Source: Octopus sinensis (lineage: Eukaryota). From it: a stretch of DNA of 64,000 nt. Below are positions 1-12,355 of the stretch, one piece after another. The notes beneath the pieces are model-generated. The model was given only the letters and a program-made list of their open reading frames with translations, was not told where the DNA came from and made no database searches. Position 1 is the stretch's first letter. The number at the start of each line of letters is the position of its first letter. Position numbers and translations under genes: made by a program. The stretch spans positions 43,648,001 to 43,712,000 of the forward strand of contig NC_042999.1 of NCBI RefSeq assembly GCF_006345805.1, read 5' to 3'.

Positions 1-40
1 AAGTGGCATCAATATATAATATGCAGGTGTGGCTATAGGT

Positions 41-200
41 GCAGGAGTGGCTGTGTGGTAAGAAGCTTGATTCCCAACCACATGGTTCCGGGTTCAGTCC
101 CACCGCATGGCACCTTGAGCAAGTGTCTCCTACTATAGCCTCAGGCCAACCAATGCCTTATGGGTTGATTTGGTAGACGGAAACTAAAAGAAGCCTGTCG

Positions 201-248
<48 letters not shown>

Positions 249-617
249 CGTGCGCGTGTGTCTGTGTTTGTCCCCACACCATCGCTTGACAACCGATGCT
301 GGTGTGTTTAGACCTTTGTAACTTAGCGGTTCAGCAAAAGAGTCCGATAGTATAAGTACTGTTGAAAGAAGGGTGTCATATATATACATATATACAAGGG
401 TATCATATACATACATATGTATGTATGTATATGTTTGTGTGTCTGTGTTTGTCCCCCGCACCATTGCTTCATAACCGATGTTGGCGTGTTTACGTCTCCG
501 TAACCTAGCAGTTTGTCAAAAAAGTGCAATAGAATAAGTACTACGCTTGCAAAGAATAAGTGCTGGAGTCGATTTGTTCGACTAAAGGCGGTGTTCCAGC
601 ATGGCCACAGTCAAATT
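41..617 (+). mobile_element. SINE family A (tRNA-derived head, CORE-like block, internal microsatellite); this copy has a duplicated body module
   Basis: A-box-like TGGCTGTGTGGTAAG and B-box-like GGTTCAGTCCC, then GGCACCTTG(G/A)GCAAGTGTC resembling the CORE domain. About 10 similar copies occur in the window. Confidence 0.85.
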
Positions 618-1262
618 TCAAGCAGGGATATAACAAAAGTTTTCCATTAAGATTTGTAATTAAATTAATTAGTAAGGTTAGTAACTATAATGAATTTGCC
701 ATTTTCGTTGAGTGTGCAACGCATACCTAGCACAGTTGGAATATACGCTCCTGAAAGAATGTGACCCTCATATCTTTAAAACTTAAATAATGAAATTTAA
801 ATAAAGGCTTTAGAATCAAAGGAAAATAACTTGCACACAGGATAGTGGTTTAACTGATAACACATCGCACACAATAAAATCATTCAATACCTTCTTTCAT
901 AGACCTACACGTTTTAATATTTACACCCATGTTGGCTATATTGATCAATGCACGTATATGAACACAATTATATGCACAAATCACATACTCGTCGACAAGT
1001 ACAACTATGGCCAATACATCCTGGTGAATAAAATAAATGGGTAATGAAATAAGGGTGCAATAAATAATTAATGAAAAATGAATAAATAGATAAATAATTA
1101 AGCGCATGTTTATTATTTAGGCTTATTCACGCCATAGTGTATACCTTTGCTTATGTATCTTTATTCATTCAGCTATATTTGACTCTTGGTTCATGCTTGC
1201 ATAGACACACATGCTCATAAACTGTACACATATGTAGTTGGTACATATACTTCTACGGTATA

Positions 1263-1708
1263 TGCTGGCGAAAGTATATCCTTAATATAGCAAAGACCAC
1301 AACCCGAAGACAGGCTGTTCTCTTCAGGGCTGGAAAATATTATTTCAGTTCCAATATTTGCAGATATTATACAATGCTCAGATGAAGTCCACAATGGAGT
1401 ATTGCTCCCACGTCTAGGAGCTTATTGCTGTTGCTGCACGCAGACATCTCAAGTTAGATTGGTATAAAATGGGTCGCAGGCTTTCTTCTATTTCTGTTCC
1501 ACAAGTTTGCTGTCTCCTCTGTCTACCGTTTCTATCACTACTACATTGGTCTCTGTTTCTTCAAATTCACTCATGCCAATTCCACACAGGCACTCCCGAT
1601 CCATTCATCTCTCTTCTCATCACCCAGGTCAAGTCCACCCTAACCAGGTCCCGTACTAATCCCTACATTCAGTCCTTCCATCTCAGAGCATCAGTTCTCT
1701 GCGCATGA
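1263..1708 (+). pseudogene. C-terminal part of a degenerate CR1/L2-like LINE RT ORF, inverted relative to its 5' part
   Basis: Manual translation across frameshifts gives WRKYILNIAKTTTRRQAVLFR..., LYNAQMKSTMEYCSHV and VAVSSVYRFYHYY, matching LYKAQIRPxMEYCSHIW-type post-RT motifs. Confidence 0.65.
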
Positions 1709-2665
1709 AGGCTTTACTGGATAGTGTGGATCAGAGAAAAAAAACTCCATCTACACATGTCATCACAGTACGATCTGACACGAAGCCACCGAACCAAGAG
1801 ACGAGAGACAAATGTAGTTAATGGGTGAGCAATTTTGCCTGGAAATGAGCAAGTCAGACGCGGCTGAAAGTTTTGTTGATGTCGCAGCAACAACATTACT
1901 TTTGTCATATTTCTCAAGTGTGGGTGACAAAAGAGTAGGTCTTTGTTACGTCTGGCTTCACGAGTCATTGCCGATAGTTATTAAAGGAAAGAGATTCAAC
2001 ATGTTAGAGAAGGTTGTTATGAATGATAGTCTCCATAATCTTTGAGCTATTGGAAGTGATTGCTAAAGGACGATAGATGGCCGTGTCAGAATTTCACATG
2101 TTGTGGTTGGAACATTTTGTAACGTGTTTCCAGAGATCAGGATATCTTGGTAGAAAGGGAAAGACGGAGAGAGAGTGAAAGAGAAGGGGATAGATAGAAG
2201 GGGAGAAAAAGAGAGAAAGCTTAAGAGTTTGGTGAAGATAGGGGATAGCCTTATTGTACATTGAGGGCAATAGAAAGGATATTGTCAGGGCAGTAGGGAG
2301 GCATTGTTAGTTTGAAGCAACAAAGTGCGTTTTTGTAATTGATGTATTTGTGTGCATAGTGAGAGCCTTGTGGAGTGAAAAGAGATACTTTGAGAAGTAT
2401 TACTTAGTGTAGCATGCTGTTGAATGATAAGCAAGGAGCAAACACGAAGGCTTTTTCCACGAGTGCACTGCTTACGAAAGCATCTTGTTGAAAATTCGAA
2501 TAAACTGGGATTCTGTGAAATTTGTAGAGATTTCTTTAAGAAGGGACCAAAACGATCGGTTGCAGTTTGTAGGACAGGAAATTTTGCGGTCTGTGGGATG
2601 TACGTAGGTATTCTTCACAGTTTGGACAATGGTCTTGCAGGAATTGCAGTGTTGGGTTGGAGACG
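1709..2665 (-). pseudogene. Degenerate CR1/L2-like LINE, linker plus N-terminal RT motifs
   Basis: Minus-strand translation gives NRSFWSLLKEIS, YRPLAITSNSSKIMETII and DINKTFSRV...FVSDRTVMTCVDG. These match the RT motifs YRPISL and DISKAFDRV. Many stops. Confidence 0.75.
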
Positions 2666-2739
2666 TCTAGTTGGTGTGGCGGTGGTTGGTGGTGGGATAA
2701 TTGTTTCGAAGGATTGTTGGCTGTGTTCTTTGAATTGTT

Positions 2740-3340
2740 ATGACAATGATGATGACAATTATTTGATATTGATGTTTAATGAAGGTGACGATGAGAATGC
2801 TAAAGGTAAGTGACCATAGCAATGACTGACGCTGACAACAACGACGACGACAATAGCGACGATTTGATATTGACGTTGACAATTATGAAAACTGATGATG
2901 ATGATGATGATGATGATGAGGAGGAGGAGGAGGAGAATGACCATGATGAGGAAGACGATGACGATGTTGATGATGATAAACGAATGCTGTAGAAGACATG
3001 CAAGGATCAACCATGATAATGAACGGGGCGACGGCATTGTTTGGGGTGGTGTGGTAACAAGGAAATGAGCTTGATTATATTACAGCCGATAACCTGACAA
3101 CGAAGATGATGACATCATTGACAATGATGGTGGTGCCGACGATGATAGTGATAACATTGATGATGATGATGATGATGATGATAATGGCGATGATGATGAT
3201 GGTGATGATGACAACGACGACGATGAGAAGGTGAAGGAGGGGATAGTGGAAAGTAGTGGTGGTGATAGTGGTGATTAGTGCTCATGATGGTGTTGGTAGT
3301 TGTTAGGGTGGTGATGGTAGAGGTGGTGGTTACGACGACT
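2740..3340. repeat. (GAT/GAC/GAG/GGT)n trinucleotide low-complexity tract
   Basis: Visible runs of gat, gac, gag and ggt. Confidence 0.9.
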
Positions 3341-3652
3341 GTGATTCTGTGTACAAAATGAATAAATCAAAACCCCCTTTCAAAGAAATGATTCGCCACC
3401 AACACCACACCACACCACCACTACCGTCACCATATCCTATCTACGTTCAAGCAATGATAACAATAGGCAGTATCAGAATCATTTGATAGCCGTTGTGAAA
3501 CAGGACCAAATCCATAACATGTGACACACTAGATGAAACTGGGATATTCTGGTAACATTAAACCCTCGAATCCCAGCTTTTATCCTATTCTCATCGGCTT
3601 CTCATTACTCTATTTCTATTTCTTTCTTTCTTTCCCCGGACCTTAGTTTTAA

Positions 3653-3724
3653 TAGCCGTGCCGACAAAGGGCTTTGATTTATCAATGAGGTACTGATGTA
3701 TAAAACTCCTTTGTCGTATTGCTG
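3653..3724 (+). ncRNA. Candidate pre-miRNA-like hairpin (unverified)
   Basis: 3662-3684 pairs with 3694-3716 at 20 of 23 positions (two G:U), with no bulges and a 9-nt loop. A weaker basal stem is possible. Confidence 0.3.
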
Positions 3725-4214
3725 GGTGACGGGTGATAACCATTACTCGATGTTAATAATTCACTTGATGCTTGTTGCAATACGTTCATGCATAAATGAA
3801 TGCATGCATGTATGTATATACTTTAAATCAAGTGTATACTTTTATGAATACATATACAAAAGCGTGCATGCGCGTGATTATTGTATGCCCTTGTATTTCA
3901 TTGTAATTCCTTCCATCATTCGGATTTATTTATGTCTTCCTTAAATCGTGTAGTTTGTTCAGGATTGCTTTGATTGATGGTGAGCTGGTGTTGGAGAAAT
4001 AGAGCCTTTATTATTGTTTTTCTTTTCAATAGTGCTATTCGTTAATATAGTCATCATCAATATATACAATACGCAATGTTCATAACGTTGTTGTTTGTAT
4101 GTAAAGACTTTTGGCATAAAAGCAGCGGGCAATACGTTATAATTAGTGTCCAAAGGAAATATTTTTTTTTATATGTGTTGTTGTTAAGAAGGAATATGTT
4201 AAACCAAAATTAGG

Positions 4215-4245
4215 TACCCTATTTACCGGCGTATAACACGCGATT
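4215..4245 (+). mobile_element. Possible single Tc2/pogo-like terminal inverted repeat
   Basis: TA followed by CCCTATTTACCGGCGTATAACACGC. No partner end found. Confidence 0.3.
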
Positions 4246-4699
4246 CCTTTTTTAAAAATTTTTAAGTGCATCTAAAAAATTGCCCTATCTTCAAAATGGC
4301 AGTGTTACAGAAGAGAAATCGTGCACCATAGACTAGGGAGCCAGGTAGAGTTTAAGTCCGCAATGTCCAGTAATTGTTATTGATAATATTGAAAACAAAC
4401 CGAATTATCAATTATTCTTAGCACAAACTCAAGAAAAATTGGATATTGTACGTCGGCAGTGAAGAGGTGACATCGTTGTTTTACACCGCCTACCTCTTGA
4501 TATTATTTGAAATTAATTTAAAGATAACAATTAAGAAAAAAAAAAAAACCAAAGCAATGGAAAATAATTTTAATTTAACAATTAAGAAAAAAAACGTAAG
4601 CAAAAACTCAAAACAAAAACAAAACGAATAATTTTAGACACACGCGTAACAATTAAATTAATTTAACAATTTAGAAAAAAAAAAAAACGAAAGGCTAAA

Positions 4700-5281
4700 A
4701 TTTAGGATTAGGGTTAGGGTTAGTGACGGGATGTCGTCTCAGTTTTAGACGCAGCAAATGATTTTAGCTCAATAGAGACAATTGATTGGTTAAAATTCGA
4801 AAAATTAAACTACGTTAAACTTACGAATTACAATTTTCTCAAGCAAGCCAAGAGAAAAAAATGTTTTATTTTGTCACATTCTACCAGTATACGAAGTTTA
4901 AAAGTGTATAACTAACTAGAAATTGTGTTGAAAACTGCCGTTCAAAAGGAAAAGATCCAACATCTTTTTCTCTTGGCTTTATTGAGAAAATTCTGTAGTT
5001 TGTAAGACATTTGTTGTTTTTTTTCTTCAATTTCTGCAATTTCAACCAATCAGTGACGTCCATTGAGGTAAAAAAAAAAATTCTGTTCCGTATGAATATG
5101 TCCCTCGTTTAAGAAACAGATTGGGTTTATTTACATTTGTAAAGAAAAAAAGATACCCTTCCCCCCACCCCTAACCCTAAAACAGATTGAAATGCAATAG
5201 ATCGATACTAGGGTCATAATTATGGGTGACAATTTCATATGACACCGCTAGAAAAAACTGCCGTTCAAACCGAAAAGATCC
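4700..5281. mobile_element. Two oppositely oriented copies of a MITE with GGATCTTTTC...GAACGGCAG termini
   Basis: AACTGCCGTTCAAA..GAAAAGATCC ends at 4958 and at about 5281. 4772-4860 is the reverse complement of 4962-5066. A related copy lies at 25690-25945. Confidence 0.65.
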
Positions 5282-5357
5282 CGATCTTCTTCAGAAACAA
5301 ACAAATACACGTGCTTTAAGAAGTGATAAATACGGTTCTTATATCCAAAGATCATCC

Positions 5358-6269
5358 ATGGCTCTATGCAACTGTTGCCGTATCACTCTTTATGAAGGAG
5401 TTCTCCGTTTCCACGGCAAAAATAATACTGCCATTACATTTTTCATGGAACACGGTGTCCTGCCGTTTACCCACAATTGTCCGACATGTAATTTTCCATG
5501 TATTTTGCGCGAGGAAACGAAAATGTGGCGTTGCTGTAAGATGGTACGACGACGTCGCCAATACAGAAGGGAGTGTGGATATTCTGAATCTTTATTGAAG
5601 AACTCCTTTCTGGAAAACACCCATGTTCCGCCTTGGAAAATATTGCTTTTCGTAAATCACTTCCTCAGCACAGCTTGGACGCACAGATTAATCGAGGAAA
5701 ATCTCAGATTCTCTCGGAAAACATCTGTAGATTGGCGGTCTTTCTGTACTGAGGTCTGCCAGTTTTGGACAGAAAACAACCAAAATATGATTGGAGGAGA
5801 TGGAGTTCAAATTGAGATCGATGAAACGGTTCTGGTCGGTCGAAAATATCAACGCGGCAGAATAATCAAAATGGTTTGGTTTTTTGGTGGACTGGAACGC
5901 TTGACGAGGCGAGGGCAACAGAAGGGATGCTGACACCCTCATTCCTATCATTAGACGCTACGTCAGGTCGAATCAATAATCTATAGTGACTGTTGGCGTG
6001 CGTATAGTAACTTGAGCAGCATGGGCTATACACACTTTCAGGTTAATCACTCTGAACACTTTGTGGGTCCCCATAACCCAGTTATTCACACTCAGAATAT
6101 TGAGCGTTTATGGGGAAACCTGAAAAAATGCATTGTTCGTCCCGGAATGAGACCGAAGTATCTCAAACAATATGTCGCTAGGTCACTTTTTATACGGGCC
6201 ATCTCACCGCCAACTCAGCGACTCCACAAGTTTCTTTTAGAAGCTGGAAAACTCTACCTATGTTCCTGA
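5358..6269 (+). pseudogene. Merlin (ISXO2/IS1595-like) DDE transposase pseudogene
   Basis: N-terminal CPTC...C zinc motif, IGGDGVQIEIDET, RKYQRGR, W.FGGLER, YSDCWRAY, VNHSEHFV and HTQNIERLW. A deletion/frameshift lies near 5910-5970. The likely ATG is 5358; the listed ORF start at 5226 lies in a MITE. Confidence 0.85.
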
Positions 6270-7529
6270 GGACTTGGAAGAATTGTTTTTAGATGTTCAA
6301 TCACCCTTAAATTTGTTTATCATGAAACGATATCCAACACATATTTATGAAACAATTTGGATAAAATTTTTACAAGTACACCTCCACGCAGTTCATAAAA
6401 AAAAACCTCGGATTTCTCGCCTGTAAATCTGGCCTCCTAATCTGCTGCAAACCCCTTATCTTTCTTCATAAAAAAGGATGGGGGAGGAAACTGGAACCCC
6501 ACCTCCCTAAAATTATTTGAAAATGTGCATAAATAGGATATATATTGTACAGGCCAAAACAAAACAAAAAAAATACATAAATGACAAAACACACCTTTAT
6601 ACACTCACTCTCTCTCCGTCTCTTTCCATAAAAAAATCGAAGAGTACTTGTTACCCGCTTAAAATTTCGGCGCGAAAAATTACTATAGGACAAAACTGTT
6701 TTGCAGCTTAGGTCTTATATATCCTGGGATCTATATATCCAGTCATTTTGGAAGGTATGTAAAAGATACTGTTTTAATACACTTTGACTGGTTTCACACA
6801 AACACTAACATGGTTTTTTTTTATCCAGACTTCGTTACCACTTTGTTTATTATTGTTTTCAAAGTTCTTTGATTTTTCAGTCTAATGTAATCCACACTAT
6901 AAAATGTATTTCTGCAGAATGTCATCTTAAAATATGTGTAAAGAATGGGGGCTGATGCAGTTTCGCACCTCACCTTCAAAAGTGCATTTTAAAAAAATAG
7001 CCAATTTTCAATTAACAGTTCACCAGCACTTTTCTCACGGTCACGGTAAAACAATAGTTTTTCTGTGACAGCAGTTAAATTTGCCGGATACCTTAAGCTA
7101 AGCAAAATAATGTCTTTGCCACTTGACCCTTCTAACCTCTTCTATTTCACTAATAGCTAGAATAGATATCACAGACCTCCAACGAATTCTATTGTTGGAG
7201 AAGCGAGTTGGTGAAAACTCATTGACAGCAACCATTAGGGACAGAGGGAGAAAGAAGGTTATGAGACACAACATCCCTCGACTCTATAACTTTTACTAGC
7301 TCAATTTCTTTTCTCCTACGACATCATGCTATCTCTATCTGTGGGTTACTGCTACGAGAACGTGTACACACATACAGGCCGAAATTAACTTTCCGTTTTT
7401 ACCTTGCATACTTTTCCATTTACTAGTTATACATTCCAACCCGTCGTGGTTTTGGGTATATACAATGTAACGGTAAATAAATAACCTTTTCTAACCTAAA
7501 CATTAACCCCTACATCTTGACCCGCAAAA

Positions 7530-8205
7530 TTCGGATCTTGTGAATTTTCCAAAGTCCTCTCCCCCACCGTCTTGGAAAAGATTTTTCCCACAAATTTCTT
7601 TATAATCGTAATGTATGCCGTTTGAAAGGTATTTCTATAAAAGTTCATTGAAAAAAAAACCCGCCATTTTCCTAAAAGTTACGAGGGAAAAGCTCGGATC
7701 TTGTGAATTTTCCGAAGTCCTCTCCCCACTCCCTTGGAAAAGATTTTCTTTATAAATCGTAAGGTATGTCTTTTGAAAGGTATTTCTATAAAATTTCATT
7801 GAAAAACCCCCCATATTCCTAAAAGTTACGAGGGAAAACTCGGATCTTGTGAATTTTCCGAAGTCCTCTCCTCACCCCCTTGAAAAAGATTTTCCCCACA
7901 AATTTCTTTAGAATCGTAATAAAATTTCATTGTAAAAACCCCCCATATTCCTAAAAGTTACGAGGGAAAAGCTCGGATCTTGTGAATTTTCCGAAGTCCT
8001 CTCCCCACCCTCTTGGAAAAGATTTTCCCCACAAATTTCTTTATAATCGTAATGTATGTCTTTTGAAAAGTATTTCTATAAAATTTCATTGAAAAAAACC
8101 CCCATATTCCTAAAAGTTACGAGGGAAAAGCTCGGATCTTGTGAATTTTCCGAAGTCCTCTCCTCACCCCCTTGGAAAAGATTTTCCCCACAAATTTCTT
8201 TATGA
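7530..8205. repeat. Minisatellite, about 135-165 bp unit, about 5 copies
   Basis: CGGATCTTGTGAATTTTCC recurs at about 7532, 7695, 7841, 7975 and 8133. Confidence 0.9.
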
Positions 8206-8639
8206 TAACATTAACCCTGAAATGTTGTAATCCCATTACGTTGTTTACTTTTGATAAATGTATCGTTCCATATGTATTCCTCTATACTGTCACAACATTG
8301 TACTAACTTGCAGAAAATCAAACTTTCCTCTAGAAAACCAGATAGGGTGTGTGATGAAACATCCTGAATTTGTTTTTACAAACATACAAAAGATACTTAT
8401 ACAACAGAAAATACAGAAACTCTTAAAATAGAATAACAAAAAGATCAATAATGTGTAGAAGTGCTTGGCGAGAAAGCAGAGACAGAGTCGAGAGTATCCT
8501 TTAGTCTGGTTGGGTATCACAACCTCTTTAGTATTGGGGACCAAGATAAAAATGTACCTAAATAGTGTTAGGAAGGGTCTTGAGTATTGGCTAAAATGTT
8601 AAAACAGGAATGTACTTGTAAAATATAGAATTTAATTGA

Positions 8640-11090
8640 AGCTGCAACTTTCGGTTCTATGGACGTTAGTTTTTACCAAACTTGGTGTGCTGACTTAATG
8701 TAATGAAGAAGCAGTATATTTCAAATTTCAGTTTTCAAGTTTAAGTAGTTAGGAGTTATAGAGTTTTTAATTTATTTCCACTTAGGCCCTACTTTAGGAA
8801 ATATCCTCTTCCTTTCCTTTTTATTTCTGTAATGCTAAAAACTTTGACTATATTAACTGTTTTTCAGAATAGTAGGCTTATCCAACTAGTGTATCTAAAA
8901 TAATGTCTCATAAGAGAAGTGCTTGTGTCACTCAAAGAAACAAAAAAAAAAAAAAAAAATCTGGACGCAGCATCTCATGCAATTTCAAGACTAACATAGG
9001 AAAAGAAGACCTGTTCCTTTAGAAGAGCATTCTTTGGAAAACAACTGCAGGATACCAATGAAACTTCAAATTGTCAGTTGCTACCTGTTCCTTGGAGGCA
9101 CCATCAAAGGAAGGAAAGAAAGAACAAAGGAAATTTCGAAAGAAGTAACCTTTTTTTTGTAGCAAAAGATTAAATTTCCCATATTTATCAATTCAAAATG
9201 TGCAAGCAAAAGTAGAAGTGCTGAATACTTATGATGTGTGTAAAATGAGGAAAATACAATTCATTGAAAGGAATTTTTGACATCACAAGGGAAAACGGTG
9301 AATGGCTGTGCAGTGAGGATAGAAGGTTATATGATCTTCAAATTGAAAGCAAGGGACTGGTTGGGTATGCAACTGTAAAGGCAGCCAATTCCAAAACTAT
9401 CCATCCATCCAAAAGAGGAAAAGTGTCTTTAATGCCAACTTCAACCAGAGCAACTCCAGTGTCATTGTCAACGCCTGAAGCAGAACCTGAAAGCGAATGT
9501 CAAGTGTCCAAAAAATCAGATGAAGAATCCACACAAACAAGGAGAAAGTATAGCAAAACTGGAACTGCAACCAAGTTAGTAATATTTTCCAGGCTATCAA
9601 CCCAAAAAGCAGCAACAGTTTGTCAACAATTATCTCAAGAAGGAATCAAGTCGAGACTCCTTCCCAATTTGGTATTTACAGATTGACTATCAAAGAAGCT
9701 GTTAAACTAAAAAAGAAAATGAAGAAAACACTACATTTAGAAAACTGATCTTTGCATTTTGACAGTAAATGTATTGATGACCAAGAATGCCAAGTACTTG
9801 TTTTAAAGAATGATCAGTGAGTTAGAAGCACTCCAATTACCAAAGGAAAAGCCGACACTGTTGTGAAAGGAATAACAACAGTTTTAGATGAATACAATTT
9901 ATGGAACTGTGTGAAGATGATTGTCGCTGATATGAGTGTGAACACTGGGAAAAGAAATGGCATTGTCATTCAGTTGCAAAGACTGTTTGCTCAAAAGGGT
10001 TTGAAAGAACCACAGTTTATTGGTTGTCAGCATCATATACTTGGTAGAGTTCTTCATGTTGTAAAGGAGAACGGACTTGAAGGAAAAAAGTCATCTTCCA
10101 GTATTGAATATATATATTTATCTCAGAGCTTCTAAGTAATTACGAGAAACTCCAGGTTAATTTCAACAATGGTTAAGAAAAGATTACTGAATCAGCAGGA
10201 TGGCGAGAAGACATGAAATTTCTATTTAATTTGATCAGAGTTTTTCGTTCCTTTGAAGAAATCGTAAAATTTCTAATTCTGAGATAAATGTATATTCAAT
10301 ATTGGGAAATGACTTTTTTTCTCCAAGTTCGTTATCCTTTACAACATGAAGAATTCTACCAAGTATATGATGCTGACAATGCAAGATAGAATTCTTGAGC
10401 AATACTAGCTCTTTTGGCATTTGTTCTTCTATCAGTGAAAAGAGTTTTGCTTCTCAATGTTTGTCGATTCATCTATTACAGCTGGGCAGATTTTTGGTTT
10501 AATGGCCAAATGTTCAATGTGCATGAATATCAGAAGTTATGTGGTAGCCTGCAAGTTCATAAAAAAGCATTGAACTCTGTAAAAAACAGTAACCGCTCGA
10601 CAACGTAAAGTGTATTAGCCATCTGAATGTGGCTAGCCACTGGGGGTGGGGTATGTATCACTTAGGTTTTCGAGGGAGGATGACCTCCCTTTGCAAATAA
10701 CACAAGGGCACTGAAATTGTGTCTAAGGCCAGCTGGTGACGTTGATCTCTTGGGGCTAAAAGCGTCAGTAACACCCCACCCCCAGTGGCTAGCCCATTCA
10801 GATGGCTAGTACACTTTACGTTGTCGAGCGGTTACTGTTTATATCTCGTTCGGAGATTTATTAATAATTTCAATTCAGTTATCTTCAAAATGTATAAATG
10901 CACTTTTATTCTACATCCCTATTGTTTACAAGGGTTTAGGTAGCTGTGGATCTGATGCCACTTAGTGATTATTGTTTAAAAAGCCCATAACTCTGAAACT
11001 ATTTCAACAAGAAAGCTGAAATTTCAGGTATACTATTTCTGCATTGCACCGAGTCATCACACCAAGTTTGGTAAAAACTTGAGCAGGCAT
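8640..11090 (+). mobile_element. Degenerate DNA transposon with long imperfect subterminal inverted repeats and a hAT-like (CxxH) transposase relic
   Basis: AGTTTTTACCAAACTTGGTGTGCTGACT (about 8668) is a 27/28 reverse-complement match to about 11053-11080. Relic motifs: LHFD, MIVAD.SVNTGKRNG, GCQHHIL. The exact ends are unresolved. Confidence 0.6.
10584..10840. mobile_element. MITE with about 65-70 bp near-perfect TIRs, inserted in the hAT-like relic
   Basis: AAACAGTAACCGCTCGACAACGTAAAGTGTA...GGGGT matches ACCCC...TACACTTTACGTTGTCGAGCGGTTACTGTTT. Confidence 0.85.
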
Positions 11091-11562
11091 TATGAATCCT
11101 GCTAGAATTTTGCATGATTTGGGTTAAAAGTGGTGATTAGTTTCTTAAGTTAGGGGGTGACAATTTTTTATAAATAAAGCAAAATAAATGTTAGTTTGCT
11201 GACTTTTATGAAATTATTCATTGAATTACAATATAGGGTTATTAGATTGTGAAAAAGTCATAACCCTAGTGGTTACATTTTGGAAAAATTACAAAACCAT
11301 AAGGTCATTGCATTCAGACAGGATCTTCATTTGCACTCTCTTGTTTCTACATTGGAGAGGCAGCAATGCAGGGGTAATACTCTATAATATCATCATCTGT
11401 GCTAGGAAGACAGTCTGGAAAGAACTCTAAACCAGTGTAAAAGTATTTTATTAAGGCTGCCACAGATTCTTGAATGGTTGCTGAAATGAGCTTATCCAGG
11501 TTTGCATTTTGTCCTTTCCATCAGCTGTTGTATGCATCTTTCACCGTTACTTTATATATATA

Positions 11563-11942
11563 TTCTTTTACTCTTTTATTTGTTTCAGTCATTTGACTGT
11601 GGCCATGCTGGAGCACTGCCTTTAATCAAGCACATCAACCCCAGCACTTATTCTTTGTAAGCCTAGTACTTATTCTATCGGTCTCTTTGGCTGAACCGCT
11701 AGGTTAAGGGGATGCAAATACACCAACATCGGTTGTCAAGTGATGGAAAGAGTACAAATACAGACACACAAACATATGCATATATATACATATATATATA
11801 CGACAGGCTTCTTTCAGTCTCTGTCTACCAAATCCACTCACAAGGCTTTGGTCAGCGCAAGGCTATAGTAGAAGATATTTGCCCACGGTGCCATGCAGTG
11901 GGACTGAACCCAGAACCATGTGGTTGGTAAGCCACTCCTGCG

Positions 11943-11943
<1 letters not shown>
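11563..11943 (-). mobile_element. SINE family A
   Basis: Reverse complement of the family A consensus. Confidence 0.85.
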
Positions 11944-12021
<78 letters not shown>

Positions 12022-12355
12022 TATGTTATATTGTATTAACTTAGCCTACATGCACACACACACGCACACACATGTATATGTCTACATGAAAATTCAGAAA
12101 CTTCAGATGAAATATTTTGTCTATGTATAATTGTGTGTATGTGTGCATGTCATCATCATGCAAGTAGCAGCATTCTTTTCCATCATCTGTGGAAAATGTC
12201 TAGCCAAGGAGAAATATTACCTTACTTAGAAATAAATGAGGGTTGGTAACAGGAAAGGTATCCAACCATAGAAAATCTGCTTTGGTGAATTACATCTGAC
12301 CAAGCATAGAAAACTGGACATTAAAATAATGATGATGATGATGATGGTGATGATA

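Noticed and set aside
1295-1350. CCGAAGA...GAAA hammerhead-like motif
   Set aside because: Explained as LINE coding sequence (TTRRQAVLFRAGKY).
2810-2992. Poly-Asp/Glu ORF
   Set aside because: Part of a (GAT)n/(GAG)n simple repeat; no convincing splice context or domain.
4708-4723. TTAGGG telomere-type repeat
   Set aside because: Only about 2.5 units, inside a MITE; not a telomere or fusion signature.
5226-5357. N-terminal extension of the Merlin ORF given in the ORF track
   Set aside because: Reads through the MITE terminus; the plausible start is the ATG at 5358.
6955-7000. Weak look-alike of the 61 kb hammerheads on the minus strand
   Set aside because: The core reads UUUUGAAG instead of CUGAUGAAG, and the downstream sequence does not match.
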